Below are positions 1 to 9,615 of a stretch of 64,000 bases of DNA, one piece after another; the stretch's first letter is position 1, and each line of letters begins with the position of its first letter. Origin of the DNA: an uncultured virus (IMG/VR IMGVR_UViG_3300029305_002672) (lineage: Duplodnaviria > Heunggongvirae > Uroviricota > Caudoviricetes). The stretch lies in the IMG/VR virus record IMGVR_UViG_3300029305_002672; one strand, written 5' to 3'. A model generated the notes under the pieces. The model did not search any database and had not been told where the DNA came from. It was given only the letters and a program-made list of their open reading frames with translations. The position numbers were made by a program, and so were the translations under genes.

Positions 1-281
1 CAAAGGTCAAATGCGGTGCGCCATCTGCAAGGAAGAGTACCCCTGCTCCGATTGCGACAGGAAAGACAAGTCAACCTGTATGTGCCGCCAATGGAAGCGC
101 TGGTTTCATGCTCAATGGGAGCGTTTCTACAGACCTCGCAAAGGCATTCAAAAACCCCTCGAATTACAACAAATTTCCCCCGAAAACAACGAAAAACCCT
201 CTGAATAATCACAGAAGGTCGGTAATGTAGACAAAATTCGATTAATTTATAGCGTTATCCCCAACATAGTGGTAAGATAAT

Positions 282-368
282 AAAAAAGAACAGCCCAAGC
301 CGCCAAGCAAATGGACTGTTCCAAATGGGTGCAGATTCGATATTAAACAAATCCGCCTGAATTGTATA
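282..368 (-). ncRNA. Putative antisense (countertranscript) RNA controlling rep
   Basis: Minus-strand promoter TGGCAA(402-397)-17 bp-TGaTATAAT(382-374). The transcript would end in the hairpin 321-288, with a UUGGCG loop, followed by U6 (287-282). Confidence 0.6.
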
Positions 369-420
369 ATAAAATTATATCATACCCTGCGCCCCTTTGC
401 CACTAAAGGGGGAAGAAAAA

Positions 421-1707
421 ATGCAAAATCTTGCGAAAAACATAGATCACGCAAGGCAACAACTGCTATTCCAACACAATCCTCAATGTGCCGATGGGTG
501 GATAACCCTTGCACGGAAAGACCCTCATACACGGAAATTCCTCCAACGTCATTATAGACCGGAAGAGCTGGCCGAAAGCCTCTCCGAATGGACAGGCGAG
601 GACGTGTACTACTCACAAAACTCATTCTATAAGCCCCAGCGCCGAATCGACAACATCAGGCAGCTCCGCTCTCTTTATGTGGACATGGATGTGTACAACC
701 TCAACCTTACGCCTGAATGGGTGCTCGGCAAGCTGGAGCACGAATACTTCCGTGAGATTATGCCGGAACCGAATATGGTCATCTTTTCAGGGAGAGGGCT
801 GGTATTGGTGTGGAACATAGTACCCATACCGTATCTGGCCATGCCTCTGTGGAGGTCGGTGGAGAATTATCTCCTCGATACGCTCAAGGACCTCGGAGCT
901 GATATGAAAGCATCCGACCCTGCGCGCATCTTTCGTCTGGCGGGGACCATCAACAGCAAAAACCAAACAACCGTCAAAGCCCAATACAGGCACGGCTACA
1001 GATATGACATCAATGAGCTGCAATACGACTACCTGCCGGAGCTCACGCCCAAACCCCAAAAGAAAAAGGGGAGAAAGCCAAAAATCATCCGGCTATTCAA
1101 TACGTACACGCTCCACCTTGTCCGGGCGCGGGATGTAGCCAAGCTCGTAAGGCTCCGAGACGGTAACGTCCGCAACCATCGAGAGTACATATGCTTTTTA
1201 TATCGGTACTTCACTTGTTGCTACACAGACGACCCAGAACAAGCGCTGGAGGACACTCTCAGCCTCAATGACGAGTTTACAGAGCCTTTATCACGTCGGG
1301 AAGTCATAACAGCCACCAAGAGTGCAGAAAAGGCGTGGAGCGCAAAATCTGACGCCAAGGCAAACGAACTCGCTAAGTCGATGGGATATCCGGGAGCGGG
1401 CTATATGCTCACCAACAGGAAGATCATTGACTGGCTGGACATTTCCCCCGAAGAGCAAAGAGAGATGGAGACCATCATCGGCGCAGGGGAAAAGCGGAGA
1501 CGAAACCTCCTGCTCAAAGAACAACAGCGCAGAGCTGAGGGCATACGTCCCATGGCGGAATACAATCAGGAGCGGAAAGAGAAGGTGCTCAACAAAGCCC
1601 AAATCCTCAAGCAACTGATGAAAGACCATCCCACATGGACAAACGCCCAACTGGCCGAACACATGGGCACCACGGTCAGGACCATTCAACGTCTTAAAAA
1701 GCGTTAA
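421..1707 (+). CDS. Plasmid-type replication initiator protein with C-terminal HTH
   Basis: Motifs YYSQNSFYKPQRRIDNIRQLRSLYVDMD, FSGRG and DPARIFRLAGTINSK; C-terminal HTH (NAQLAEHMGTTVRTIQR). SD AAAGGGGG before ATG 421. Confidence 0.75.
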   Translation: MQNLAKNIDHARQQLLFQHNPQCADGWITLARKDPHTRKFLQRHYRPEELAESLSEWTGEDVYYSQNSFYKPQRRIDNIRQLRSLYVDMDVYNLNLTPEWVLGKLEHEYFREIMPEPNMVIFSGRGLVLVWNIVPIPYLAMPLWRSVENYLLDTLKDLGADMKASDPARIFRLAGTINSKNQTTVKAQYRHGYRYDINELQYDYLPELTPKPQKKKGRKPKIIRLFNTYTLHLVRARDVAKLVRLRDGNVRNHREYICFLYRYFTCCYTDDPEQALEDTLSLNDEFTEPLSRREVITATKSAEKAWSAKSDAKANELAKSMGYPGAGYMLTNRKIIDWLDISPEEQREMETIIGAGEKRRRNLLLKEQQRRAEGIRPMAEYNQERKEKVLNKAQILKQLMKDHPTWTNAQLAEHMGTTVRTIQRLKKR

Positions 1708-1791
1708 GCAAGCAGTGTACTGCGTACACCTCACAATATAAGGGGAAACATGGTGTCACCCCCCTATTTTTGACTTGAAGGAGGACGTAGC

Positions 1792-2391
1792 GTGAAAGAT
1801 TTTAGATACGCAAACCGAGGACAGCCTCTCGAACAGTTTATCCGATTCGCCAATGAACAATACAAGCGGCATAAGGTAGCCTGTATCGACAAGGTACCTA
1901 CCGAGTTTATCCCTCTCCGGGACGGTCGAGGAAAAATATACAACGTGAAAGTCGAGCATAAGAGCGGCGTAGACTTCCTTGGAAGATACCGCAACATCCC
2001 CATCGCCATCGAGGCGAAGCACACAAGCTCTGACAGCATCCGCTTTGATGAGGTCCAACCCCATCAAGCCGACTACATGGACGAATTCACGGAAGAGCCG
2101 GGCACCATCGGTCTCATCGTCGTGAGCTTCAGCCTGGAACGCTTCTATGCAATCCCGTGGGCATTCTGGCAAGCGGCGTACAACGCAAGAGTGCGCCCAG
2201 GAGCGACGAGAACAGCGCCTGTGAGCGTTGAAGCCTTCGGACAGACGTGGACAGTCCCTACCAAATTCAGCGCACGTGAGGAAGAATTAAACCCCTTGTG
2301 GCGCGTCCCCGGCAATCATCCCAAGTGCGGACTGCACTACCTCGCAAATGCGACATCCTATATAACCCCACCGGCAACACCCTCAAAGTAA
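1792..2391 (+). CDS. recU: RecU-family Holliday junction resolvase
   Basis: Motifs NRGQPLE, KVPT, VDFLG, IEAKHT and FDEVQPHQ; SD AGGAGG. Confidence 0.85.
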   Translation: MKDFRYANRGQPLEQFIRFANEQYKRHKVACIDKVPTEFIPLRDGRGKIYNVKVEHKSGVDFLGRYRNIPIAIEAKHTSSDSIRFDEVQPHQADYMDEFTEEPGTIGLIVVSFSLERFYAIPWAFWQAAYNARVRPGATRTAPVSVEAFGQTWTVPTKFSAREEELNPLWRVPGNHPKCGLHYLANATSYITPPATPSK

Positions 2392-2442
2392 GTATGTTTG
2401 CTTACATACATACCAACACCCCAGACAGAGGAGGTCATGCAA

Positions 2443-4045
2443 ATGACTGACTACAAGACCCAAGCGACGCCGAGAGCCATGATAGGGGACATTCCCGTGT
2501 TTTGCTCTTTTGACGAGCTTGTGGACATCGAGAAAGTCATAGGCAACCCGAAGAACCCGAACACACACAGTAAGAAACAAGTGGAGCTACTCGCCAAGAT
2601 CATCAAGGCGACGGGCTGGAGAAACAACATCACCATCAGCCGCCAGAGCGGATTCGTGGTAAAAGGCCACGGAAGACTTGCAGCCGCCATCCAAGCGGCA
2701 TGTCCCTAAAGTACCTGTCGAATATCAGGATTATAGCAGCGAAGCGGAGGAATACGCAGACCTTACAGCTGATAACCGTATCGCCGAACTCGCAGACATG
2801 AACAACACCATGCTTGCGGACTTGCTGGCGGAGATCGACACGGGAGAAATCCCGCTCGAACTGACGGGATACACGGAAGAGGACTTCTCAAGCATCATTG
2901 ACTCAATTATAGGCGTTGACGATGCGGAGCCAAATGACCAGGATGACGAGCACGAGCAAGCCCTCCCACCCATGAGCAAGCCGGGAGACCTCTGGATACT
3001 CGGTCCCCACCGTCTGATATGCGGAGACGCGACGGACGAGGCGACCATCGACCGCCTTATGGACGGAGAAAAAGCCGCCATGGTACACACAGACCCACCC
3101 TACGGAGTGAGCTACCAGGGGGCGGCCAACAGCGGGAACTGGCAAATGATAAAGAACGATGACAAGACAGGGGACGACCTGTTCAATAACCTCTTACTAC
3201 CCGCATTCAACAACTACCGCAAACACACCATCCCTCAAGCCGCCTTCTACATCTGGCACGCAAGCAGCACGCGCCGAGATTTTGAAGACGCCATGATGCA
3301 GGCAGGACTCGCAGAGCGCCAATACCTCATATGGGCGAAAAACGGCATCAGTCTCGGTCGAGCGGACTACCAACACGCCCACGAGCCGTGCTTCTATGCT
3401 TGCAAGGAGGGGGAAGCCCCGAACTACTACGGAGATCGAGCGCAGCACACGGTCTGGAGGGTGACGACACGCCAAGACGGTCACATGATGACTGTACTCG
3501 GGAGCGGAGTCGTACTCACGGACGGTACCGGCGGAAAACTCTGTATCACGGACAAACCACCGAAAGGCAAAAAGATGCGCTACGTCCGCATGGAAGAGGG
3601 CAAGCCCATAGACTTGTATCGGGATGACCGAATGCAAACGGTATGGGAGGTCGCGAGGGAAACGGGATACCTCCACCCAACGCAAAAGCCCGTTGAAATT
3701 CCCGTGAGAGCCATCGAGAACAGCAGCCAGCCGGGCGATATCGTGCTGGACTTCTTCGGAGGGAGCGGTTCCACCCTCATGGGTGCCGAGCTGACCGGGC
3801 GTCGGTGCTTCACGACGGAGCTTGACCCCATCTATAGCGACGTCATCATTTCCCGCTACGTAGCCCAGACCGGAAACATCGGCGTGACCTGCATCCGCGA
3901 TGGTGAGGAGCTCGCCTACATCAACCTTGTGAAAGAATGGGCAAAGGAAAACGGGCAAGAAGAAACCGTGAACGCGATGAAAGTACCCGTCGTGGTCACA
4001 AAGAAGATTTTACAAGCGGCTGTAGAGCCGCAGAACGAGCCGTGA
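2443..4045 (+). CDS. ParB-like N-domain plus N6A/N4C DNA methyltransferase, joined by a +1 frameshift at CCC-TAA 2704-2709 (about 533 aa)
   Basis: ParB-N motifs (NPKNPNTH, VVKGHGRLAAA) in frame 0 continue as KVPVEY..ADNRIAE in the +1 frame. DPPY, HPTQKP and LDFFGGSGST are MTase motifs. Confidence 0.85.
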
Positions 4046-4058
4046 GGAGGTTATAGAC

Positions 4059-4574
4059 ATGGCAAAGGCAAATACACCAAAGCCGTGGGAACGGCAACCA
4101 GAAGAGACTCCTAAGCGATACCAAGCCTTCTGTACTTACCGAGATATGGGGGCTGAAGAACGGTCAATCCGAAAGGCAGCTGTCTTATTGGGCAAGAGTG
4201 ACACGCTCATTGGACGCTGGAGCAGCGAAGGCAAGTGGGTCGAGCGAGTCGCCGCCTGGGATGACGAGCAAGAGCGCATAGAGCGCGAGATCGCCCAGAA
4301 AGAGCAGGCCAAGGCTATCCGAGAAATGCGGAAGAGACACGCAGACCTCGCGAGTGCTATGCTGATTAAAGCCGCGAAAGCTCTCGCCAAAATACCCGAT
4401 GACGAAATCAAGGCAGGAGACATGACCCGCATGGTGGATGTCGGCTCCAAGCTGGAGCGCCTCTCACGTGGTGACGTCGGAGAGGTAGTCGAAGAGAGGG
4501 ATGGCGGTCAAGCCACACCTGCAGTAACATTTTATATGCCGGACAATGGCAGAGATAAGCATGAGGAGGAATAA
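4059..4574 (+). CDS. Probable terminase small subunit
   Basis: WERQPEET..YQAF..YRDMG..RSIRKAA..RWS...WVERVAAWD HTH-type pattern, a coiled coil, and position upstream of terL. Confidence 0.65.
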   Translation: MAKANTPKPWERQPEETPKRYQAFCTYRDMGAEERSIRKAAVLLGKSDTLIGRWSSEGKWVERVAAWDDEQERIEREIAQKEQAKAIREMRKRHADLASAMLIKAAKALAKIPDDEIKAGDMTRMVDVGSKLERLSRGDVGEVVEERDGGQATPAVTFYMPDNGRDKHEEE

Positions 4575-4580
4575 GGCAGC

Positions 4581-5282
4581 GTGAAAGTGCTTGAATTATT
4601 TTGCGGCACGAAATCAATCTCAAACGCATTCAGGGAGTGCGGTCACGAAGTATACACGGTAGATTGGGAAGAGAGCTTCTCCCCGACCCTCTGTGCCGAC
4701 GTCGGAACGTTGACAGCCGCGAATGTCATTGAACTTTGCAACGGTATACCCGACGTGATATGGGCAAGCCCGGACTGCACCACATACTCCGTCATGGCTA
4801 TCTCTGTGCATCGGCGCAAGGAAGCGGACGGGAATCTGCTGGCCGTGACAGATTATGCGAGAATGTGCGACGCCATCAATACCCACGTGGTCGATTTAAT
4901 AAATGAACTGCAAGCGGAGAGACAGCGACAAGGGCTGCCTCCTTTAATCTTTTTCATCGAGAACCCGCGCGGAGGTATGAGGAAGATGCGGTTCATGAGA
5001 GGCATACCGCGCTACACGGTTACATACTGCAAGTACGGAGAGACCAGGATGAAGCCCACCGACATCTGGACGAACCATCCCGCTCCCAACTTCATCCCTG
5101 CTTGCAAGAACGGCGACAAGTGCCACGAACCCTCACCGAGAGGGTCGAAAAGAGGCACACAGAAAATCAACGGCGCACGGGATCGCAGTCGGATACCCGA
5201 GCCGCTGTGCCGACATATCGTAGACATATGCGAGAGGGAACACATGCAAACCCCTTCACTTTCTGCCCCTTTACTGGTATAA
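4581..5282 (+). CDS. Short C5-cytosine DNA methyltransferase-like protein
   Basis: VLELFCG (motif I), WASPDC (catalytic PxC) and IENP (motif VI). Confidence 0.7.
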   Translation: MKVLELFCGTKSISNAFRECGHEVYTVDWEESFSPTLCADVGTLTAANVIELCNGIPDVIWASPDCTTYSVMAISVHRRKEADGNLLAVTDYARMCDAINTHVVDLINELQAERQRQGLPPLIFFIENPRGGMRKMRFMRGIPRYTVTYCKYGETRMKPTDIWTNHPAPNFIPACKNGDKCHEPSPRGSKRGTQKINGARDRSRIPEPLCRHIVDICEREHMQTPSLSAPLLV

Positions 5283-5326
5283 TCACAGTATAGGGACAGC
5301 AAATACACAGATAGGGGGAAGAAAAC

Positions 5327-5578
5327 ATGGAAATCGAAACATTCTATACAGGCGGCGGCATCTGGCTATCGCAGTACAACGCAGGCGGTGGCTATTATGC
5401 CGTAGTGAGCAGCGATTTTCCTGACTGCTTGAGCATTTACCGCAAGACCGAGGGCACGGACGACCTGTACCTCCCCGAGAACATGGTCTCCAGCAAGAAC
5501 CTCGACGAACTCAACCCCGAGCAAAAAGAAGTACACGCCATCCTCAAGGCAGAGCTTGAGAAAGAGGGCGCTCTTTAA
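5327..5578 (+). CDS. Hypothetical protein
   Basis: 83-aa ORF with SD AGGGGG and an upstream TGGTATAAT extended -10 at about 5275-5283. Confidence 0.6.
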   Translation: MEIETFYTGGGIWLSQYNAGGGYYAVVSSDFPDCLSIYRKTEGTDDLYLPENMVSSKNLDELNPEQKEVHAILKAELEKEGAL

Positions 5579-5660
5579 TCATCATCCTCCGAGGGTATCA
5601 GCAAGCAAGCCGATACCCTCTCCTCACCAACAGACAACCACATACATAACGAGGTGATTT

Positions 5661-6434
5661 ATGAAACGCTTTGTATCGTGCTCCATGGGCAAAGACAGCC
5701 TTGCGACGGCCATTGTCGCGGCAGAGGCGGGCTTGCCTATTGATGGAGCCATCTACTGCGAGGTTATGTACACCCCCGAAATCAGCGGCGAGATTCCCGA
5801 ACACCGCGACTTCATCTACAACGTAGCCATCCCCAAACTGGAGAGAGACTACGGTATCAAGACCACCGTGCTTCGCTCCGACCGCACCATGAAGGACTCC
5901 TTCTACCACGTCAGCACGAAGGGGAAGAGCGTCGGAAAAGTGATAGGCTTCCCTATTCCGGGCAGATGCGCCATAAACAGCGACTGCAAGATGCGCGCCA
6001 TCAACGCCTGGAAGAGGGCACAGACGGAACCCATCACCATGTACGTGGGCATTGCCGCCGACGAACCGAAACGTCTGGCAAAGCTGAAAGAGGGCTCGGT
6101 CTCGATCCTCGCCAAGTACGGCATCACCGAGGACATGGCCACGGAAATCTGCCGAGAGCGGGGCCTGCTGTCCCCCATCTACTCCTTCGCCAAGCGGAAC
6201 GGGTGCTGGTTCTGTCCCAACGCCACGAAAGCCGCACTCTTGAACATCTACTACAACCACAGAGAGCTGTGGAACGACCTGCTATCCATGCAGGACACCC
6301 CTAACCTTGTTTACCCCTATTGGGCTCGTGGAAAGACCCTGTACGACATACAGGCCGAGCTCGAAACCCCACAAGCGAAAGAACAATTCAGAAAAATCCA
6401 ACGACAACGCAGGAACTCTATGACATCGTTATAG
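5661..6434 (+). CDS. PAPS reductase-family (PP-loop) protein
   Basis: SCSMGKDS PP-loop, YVGIAADE and RNGCWFCP motifs. Confidence 0.75.
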   Translation: MKRFVSCSMGKDSLATAIVAAEAGLPIDGAIYCEVMYTPEISGEIPEHRDFIYNVAIPKLERDYGIKTTVLRSDRTMKDSFYHVSTKGKSVGKVIGFPIPGRCAINSDCKMRAINAWKRAQTEPITMYVGIAADEPKRLAKLKEGSVSILAKYGITEDMATEICRERGLLSPIYSFAKRNGCWFCPNATKAALLNIYYNHRELWNDLLSMQDTPNLVYPYWARGKTLYDIQAELETPQAKEQFRKIQRQRRNSMTSL

Positions 6435-6463
6435 CATAGCTATGACATTTAGGAGGAATGTAT

Positions 6464-8351
6464 GTGAAATTAGGCAGCCTATTTGATGGTTCAGGCGGTT
6501 TTCCGCTTGCCGGGAGCCTATGCGGCATAGAGCCGCGCTGGGCATCCGAGGTCGAGCCATACCCGATAGCAGTAACAAGGGGGCGTTTCCCCTAACTTAC
6601 GCCATCTTGGCAGCGTGACCGACATAAACGGTGCCGAGATAGAGCCGGTGGACATCATCACATTCGGGTCGCCGTGTCAGGATTTATCCGTGGCAGGGAA
6701 AAGAGCCGGAATGAAGCACGAAACCAATGGAGACTCAGAGACAACAAGGAGCGGGCTCTTCATTGAAGCTGTCCGCATCATCAAGGAAATGAGGCGAGCA
6801 ACTAATGATGAATACCCCAAGTTTGCAGTCTGGGAGAACGTACCGGGAGCATTCAGCTCCAACAAAGGCGAGGACTTCCGCACGGTCCTCGAAGAGCTCA
6901 TCAAAATCACCGAGCCGGAAGCACCCCCGCTGCCTGCGCCTGAAAATGGCAAGTGGCCATACGCGGATTGCATCCTGGGCGATGGATGGAGCATTGCATA
7001 CCGCACTTTCGATGCGCAATATTGGGGAGTCCCCCAACGTCGCCGTCGAATCTACCTTGTCGCAGATTTTACAGGAGAATGCGCCGGAGAAATATTATTT
7101 GAGCGAGAAAGCCTGCAGGGGCATCTTGCGGAGAGCGGAGCGGAGGGGCAAAGTCCTGCCGAAAATGCTCAAGGAAGCGCTGGAGCAGCAGATCGAGCAA
7201 GCACATACATAATCGACAACATCGGAGGTCAATCCGAGTACGGCAAGGAGAGCCCCGTAAACGGCACACTTCGAGCGGGAGCGCAGGGTGCCATAGCTTA
7301 TGGCATCGAAAATCACCCAGCCGACAGCCGCGTAAATATCGACGAGAGCGGGAAGTGTCAGACTCTCACGTCTCGCATGGGAACGGGCGGCGGCAACGTG
7401 CCAATGGTCATGGAGTCGTTCTGCAAGAGCGAGAGAGCCAACGAGATTATTGTAATGGCTACCCAGCAGGGCGGCGCCGAGATCAACACCGAGGGAATAT
7501 GCCCCACTATAACCGCAGCCGCGGGAATGAGCGGGAACAATCAGCCTGTGTGCTGCATTGATGGTGACAAAATCGGAAAAGCGGAACGTGCCGGGGGCTC
7601 AGGCTTCGGAATCAGACCGGGCGACAGTATGTACACGCTGACGGCGAAGGACGTCCACGCGGTGGCATACGGAATCAGCAGCTACGACAGCAACGCCATG
7701 AAGTCCGCAAACCCGCAAAGCGGCATCTATGAAGCATCCACCAGCCGAACACTCGACCTCAACGGAGGAAATCCCGCTTGCAACCAGGGCGGCGTGGCAA
7801 TCGTGGAGGAGTGCCCGACCTACTGCACGACCACAGGCAGCTATATGCATGTCACCGAGGACGTGACGCCCACGCTGTTATCGAGGGATTATAAAGACCC
7901 GAACGTCGTGGCATACGGTCTCGACCGCGCGAGCTTCAACCAGGGCGCAAACGCTCAATATAGCTTTTCTATCCTTCCAGATCAACAGCCGACACTTACG
8001 GCAAAAGGACCGGGAGCGGTGTGCAGCCGATACATCGTCCGCCGCCTCACGCCTACCGAGTGCGCACGTCTTCAAGGATTCCCCGACACATGGGGACACC
8101 CACCTCACAAAGAAACCCTCTCGGACGAAGAATACAGCTTCTGGCTGAACGTCCGAAACACCCACGCTACCATAAACGGCAGAGCGGCCAAGGAATACAC
8201 CAGGGCGCAGATTCTGACGTGGTACAACAAACTACACACCGACAGTTCCGAATATAAGATGTGGGGCAACGGCATAGCCCTACCCAACGCCCTCTATGTC
8301 ATGCAAGGCATAGCGGAGCAACTACAGAAAACACGAATAGAGGATGAATAA
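6464..8351 (+). CDS. C5-cytosine DNA methyltransferase, probably multispecific, joined by a +1 frameshift at CCC-TAA 6590-6595 (about 628 aa)
   Basis: GTG start after AGGAGG. Motif I (LGSLFDGSGG) lies in frame 0. FGSPCQD, WENVPG, QRRRR, RRLTPTECARLQGFPD and YKMWGNG lie in the +1 frame. Confidence 0.88.
6805..7212 (+). CDS. Nested alternative-frame ORF, putative MTase beta polypeptide (true start uncertain, probably internal)
   Basis: STLSQILQENAPEKYYLSEKACRGILRRAERRGKVLP resembles the alternative-frame beta subunit of M.EcoHK31I-type MTases. Confidence 0.6.
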   Translation: MMNTPSLQSGRTYREHSAPTKARTSARSSKSSSKSPSRKHPRCLRLKMASGHTRIASWAMDGALHTALSMRNIGESPNVAVESTLSQILQENAPEKYYLSEKACRGILRRAERRGKVLPKMLKEALEQQIEQAHT

Positions 8352-8353
8352 TA

Positions 8354-8572
8354 ATGCAAGCAACCATTGACACCCCGAAAGCCTTTCACCTCTTGCGGAT
8401 GTCCCGCAAGAAGCTGACCAGACAGCAATACAAGACATTCTGTGGTCAGATCAACGCAGGAGACGTCGAGGGAGCCATGAAGGGTCTTGATAAACTACTG
8501 AAAAGAAACCTGAACAGCAAGAAAGAGAGAGCAACACATGAAAAAACTGTCCACCATACAAAGGCGCAATAA
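8354..8572 (+). CDS. Hypothetical small basic protein
   Basis: 72-aa ORF with SD GAGG, closely packed in the operon. Confidence 0.55.
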   Translation: MQATIDTPKAFHLLRMSRKKLTRQQYKTFCGQINAGDVEGAMKGLDKLLKRNLNSKKERATHEKTVHHTKAQ

Positions 8573-8912
8573 TCTGAATGCCGTATTCCGCACCGGAGAG
8601 CCAGGTCCCGGCGGCGCATACCATGACTATGATATCTACCCTGCAGACTGCGACCCGGAGACTACCGAGCTGCCGCTTGCCTGCATCGAGTTCCAGAAAG
8701 GACCTCGTAACGCCTCATATGCCCGCCCCGGCATCCTTGACAGCGACTTGCTGGAGATAGTACGCGACCGCCTCAAAACCTTCCAGGACGGTCCTATGGC
8801 GACCAGAGAGAACGAAATCGCCCTGCAGCACGTCGAGTCGGCGCTGCTCTGGCTGGCAAAAAGAGCCGAGGATCGCGCCGAAAGGAACGTGCTCGGCACT
8901 ATGCAACGTTAA
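8538..8912 (+). CDS. tad1: Tad1-family anti-defence signal sponge (Thoeris anti-defence 1)
   Basis: MKKLSTIQ..LN, GPGGAYH.Y, FQKG.R, G..DSDLLEIVRDRLK.FQ.GP...REN..AL.HVE.AL.W...R.EDR.ERNVLGT match the clostridial Tad1 sequence as I recall it. Confidence 0.88.
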   Translation: MKKLSTIQRRNNLNAVFRTGEPGPGGAYHDYDIYPADCDPETTELPLACIEFQKGPRNASYARPGILDSDLLEIVRDRLKTFQDGPMATRENEIALQHVESALLWLAKRAEDRAERNVLGTMQR

Positions 8913-8964
8913 AAAGGTTAAAAATTCACAAAAAACAACTAATAATTTTGGTGAAAGTGCTACG

Positions 8965-8993
8965 TTGAGGAAACAGCTGTTTTCTGTTATAAT
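8965..8993 (+). promoter_or_regulatory. Sigma-A promoter driving the RNA cluster
   Basis: TTGAGG-17 bp-TATAAT with an extended -10 TG. Confidence 0.7.
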
Positions 8994-9043
8994 ACAGGTA
9001 GTATGCTGGCTGTTCACAGAAAGCCAACAGAACAAGGCTGCAA

Positions 9044-9123
9044 GGGGAGTAAAGCTCAACGGCAGAGAGCAGAGGAAAGTGTTAAACCTCTGCGCGTAGG
9101 AGGTTCGACTCCTCCTCTCCCCG
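9044..9123 (+). ncRNA. tRNA-like RNA 1, Asn-like, with an expanded anticodon loop containing U-GUU-AAA
   Basis: GGGGAG/CTCCCC acceptor, GCTC/GAGC D stem, AGAGG/CCTCT stem with 11-nt loop AAAGTGTTAAA, GGAGG-TTCGACT-CCTCC T arm, G discriminator. Confidence 0.7.
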
Positions 9124-9206
9124 TGTCATTTCTCCTTGATGGCGGCTCGGAACAGACGAGAAGTGCTGTGCAGGTAAACTCTGCACAGTGCGCTTGCCGC
9201 CGATAT

Positions 9207-9279
9207 GCGGCTGTGTTGCGGATACGCCGGTCTTACTTTCCTTTCATCCGGCAAGCCAGTTCGACTCTGGCCAGCCGCG
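9207..9279 (+). ncRNA. tRNA-like RNA 2 with a rudimentary D arm and a 17-nt pyrimidine-rich loop
   Basis: GCGGCTG/CAGCCGC acceptor, GCCGG/CCGGC stem with loop TCTTACTTTCCTTTCAT, GCCAG-TTCGACT-CTGGC T arm. Confidence 0.65.
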
Positions 9280-9371
9280 CTCCATGGCGGAGTTTCTCTT
9301 CTGTGTATACATCGGCACCCCGTAAAAGCTGACTGCGCTGCAGCTCCCGTGGAATTCGGGTTGGGGACCAT

Positions 9372-9455
9372 GCGTCTGTAGCTCAGATGGTAGAGCGCTG
9401 ATTTTTGTGAGATTTAGTCAGATGGGCGAAGGTTCGAGTCCTTCCGGGCGCACCA
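9372..9455 (+). ncRNA. tRNA-like RNA 3: tRNA-Lys-like body with an anticodon loop of about 14 nt and encoded CCA
   Basis: GCGTCTG/CGGGCGC acceptor plus ACCA, TAGCTCAGATGGTAGAGC D arm, CTGAT/GTCAG stem, GAAGG-TTCGAGT-CCTTC T arm. Confidence 0.75.
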
Positions 9456-9615
9456 GCTAAAGGAGAGGTTAAGTATACGCGTTTCGTGATTAGGTTCATA
9501 TGTCGCGTGTCGACCACGGTGGGAATTGCGGGGTTCGCCGGATGGGTTCGTCGCAATGACATCATTCGGTGGGGGATGATGTGCGGTCTGAGCGGGACCT
9601 TAACCGCTTATATAC

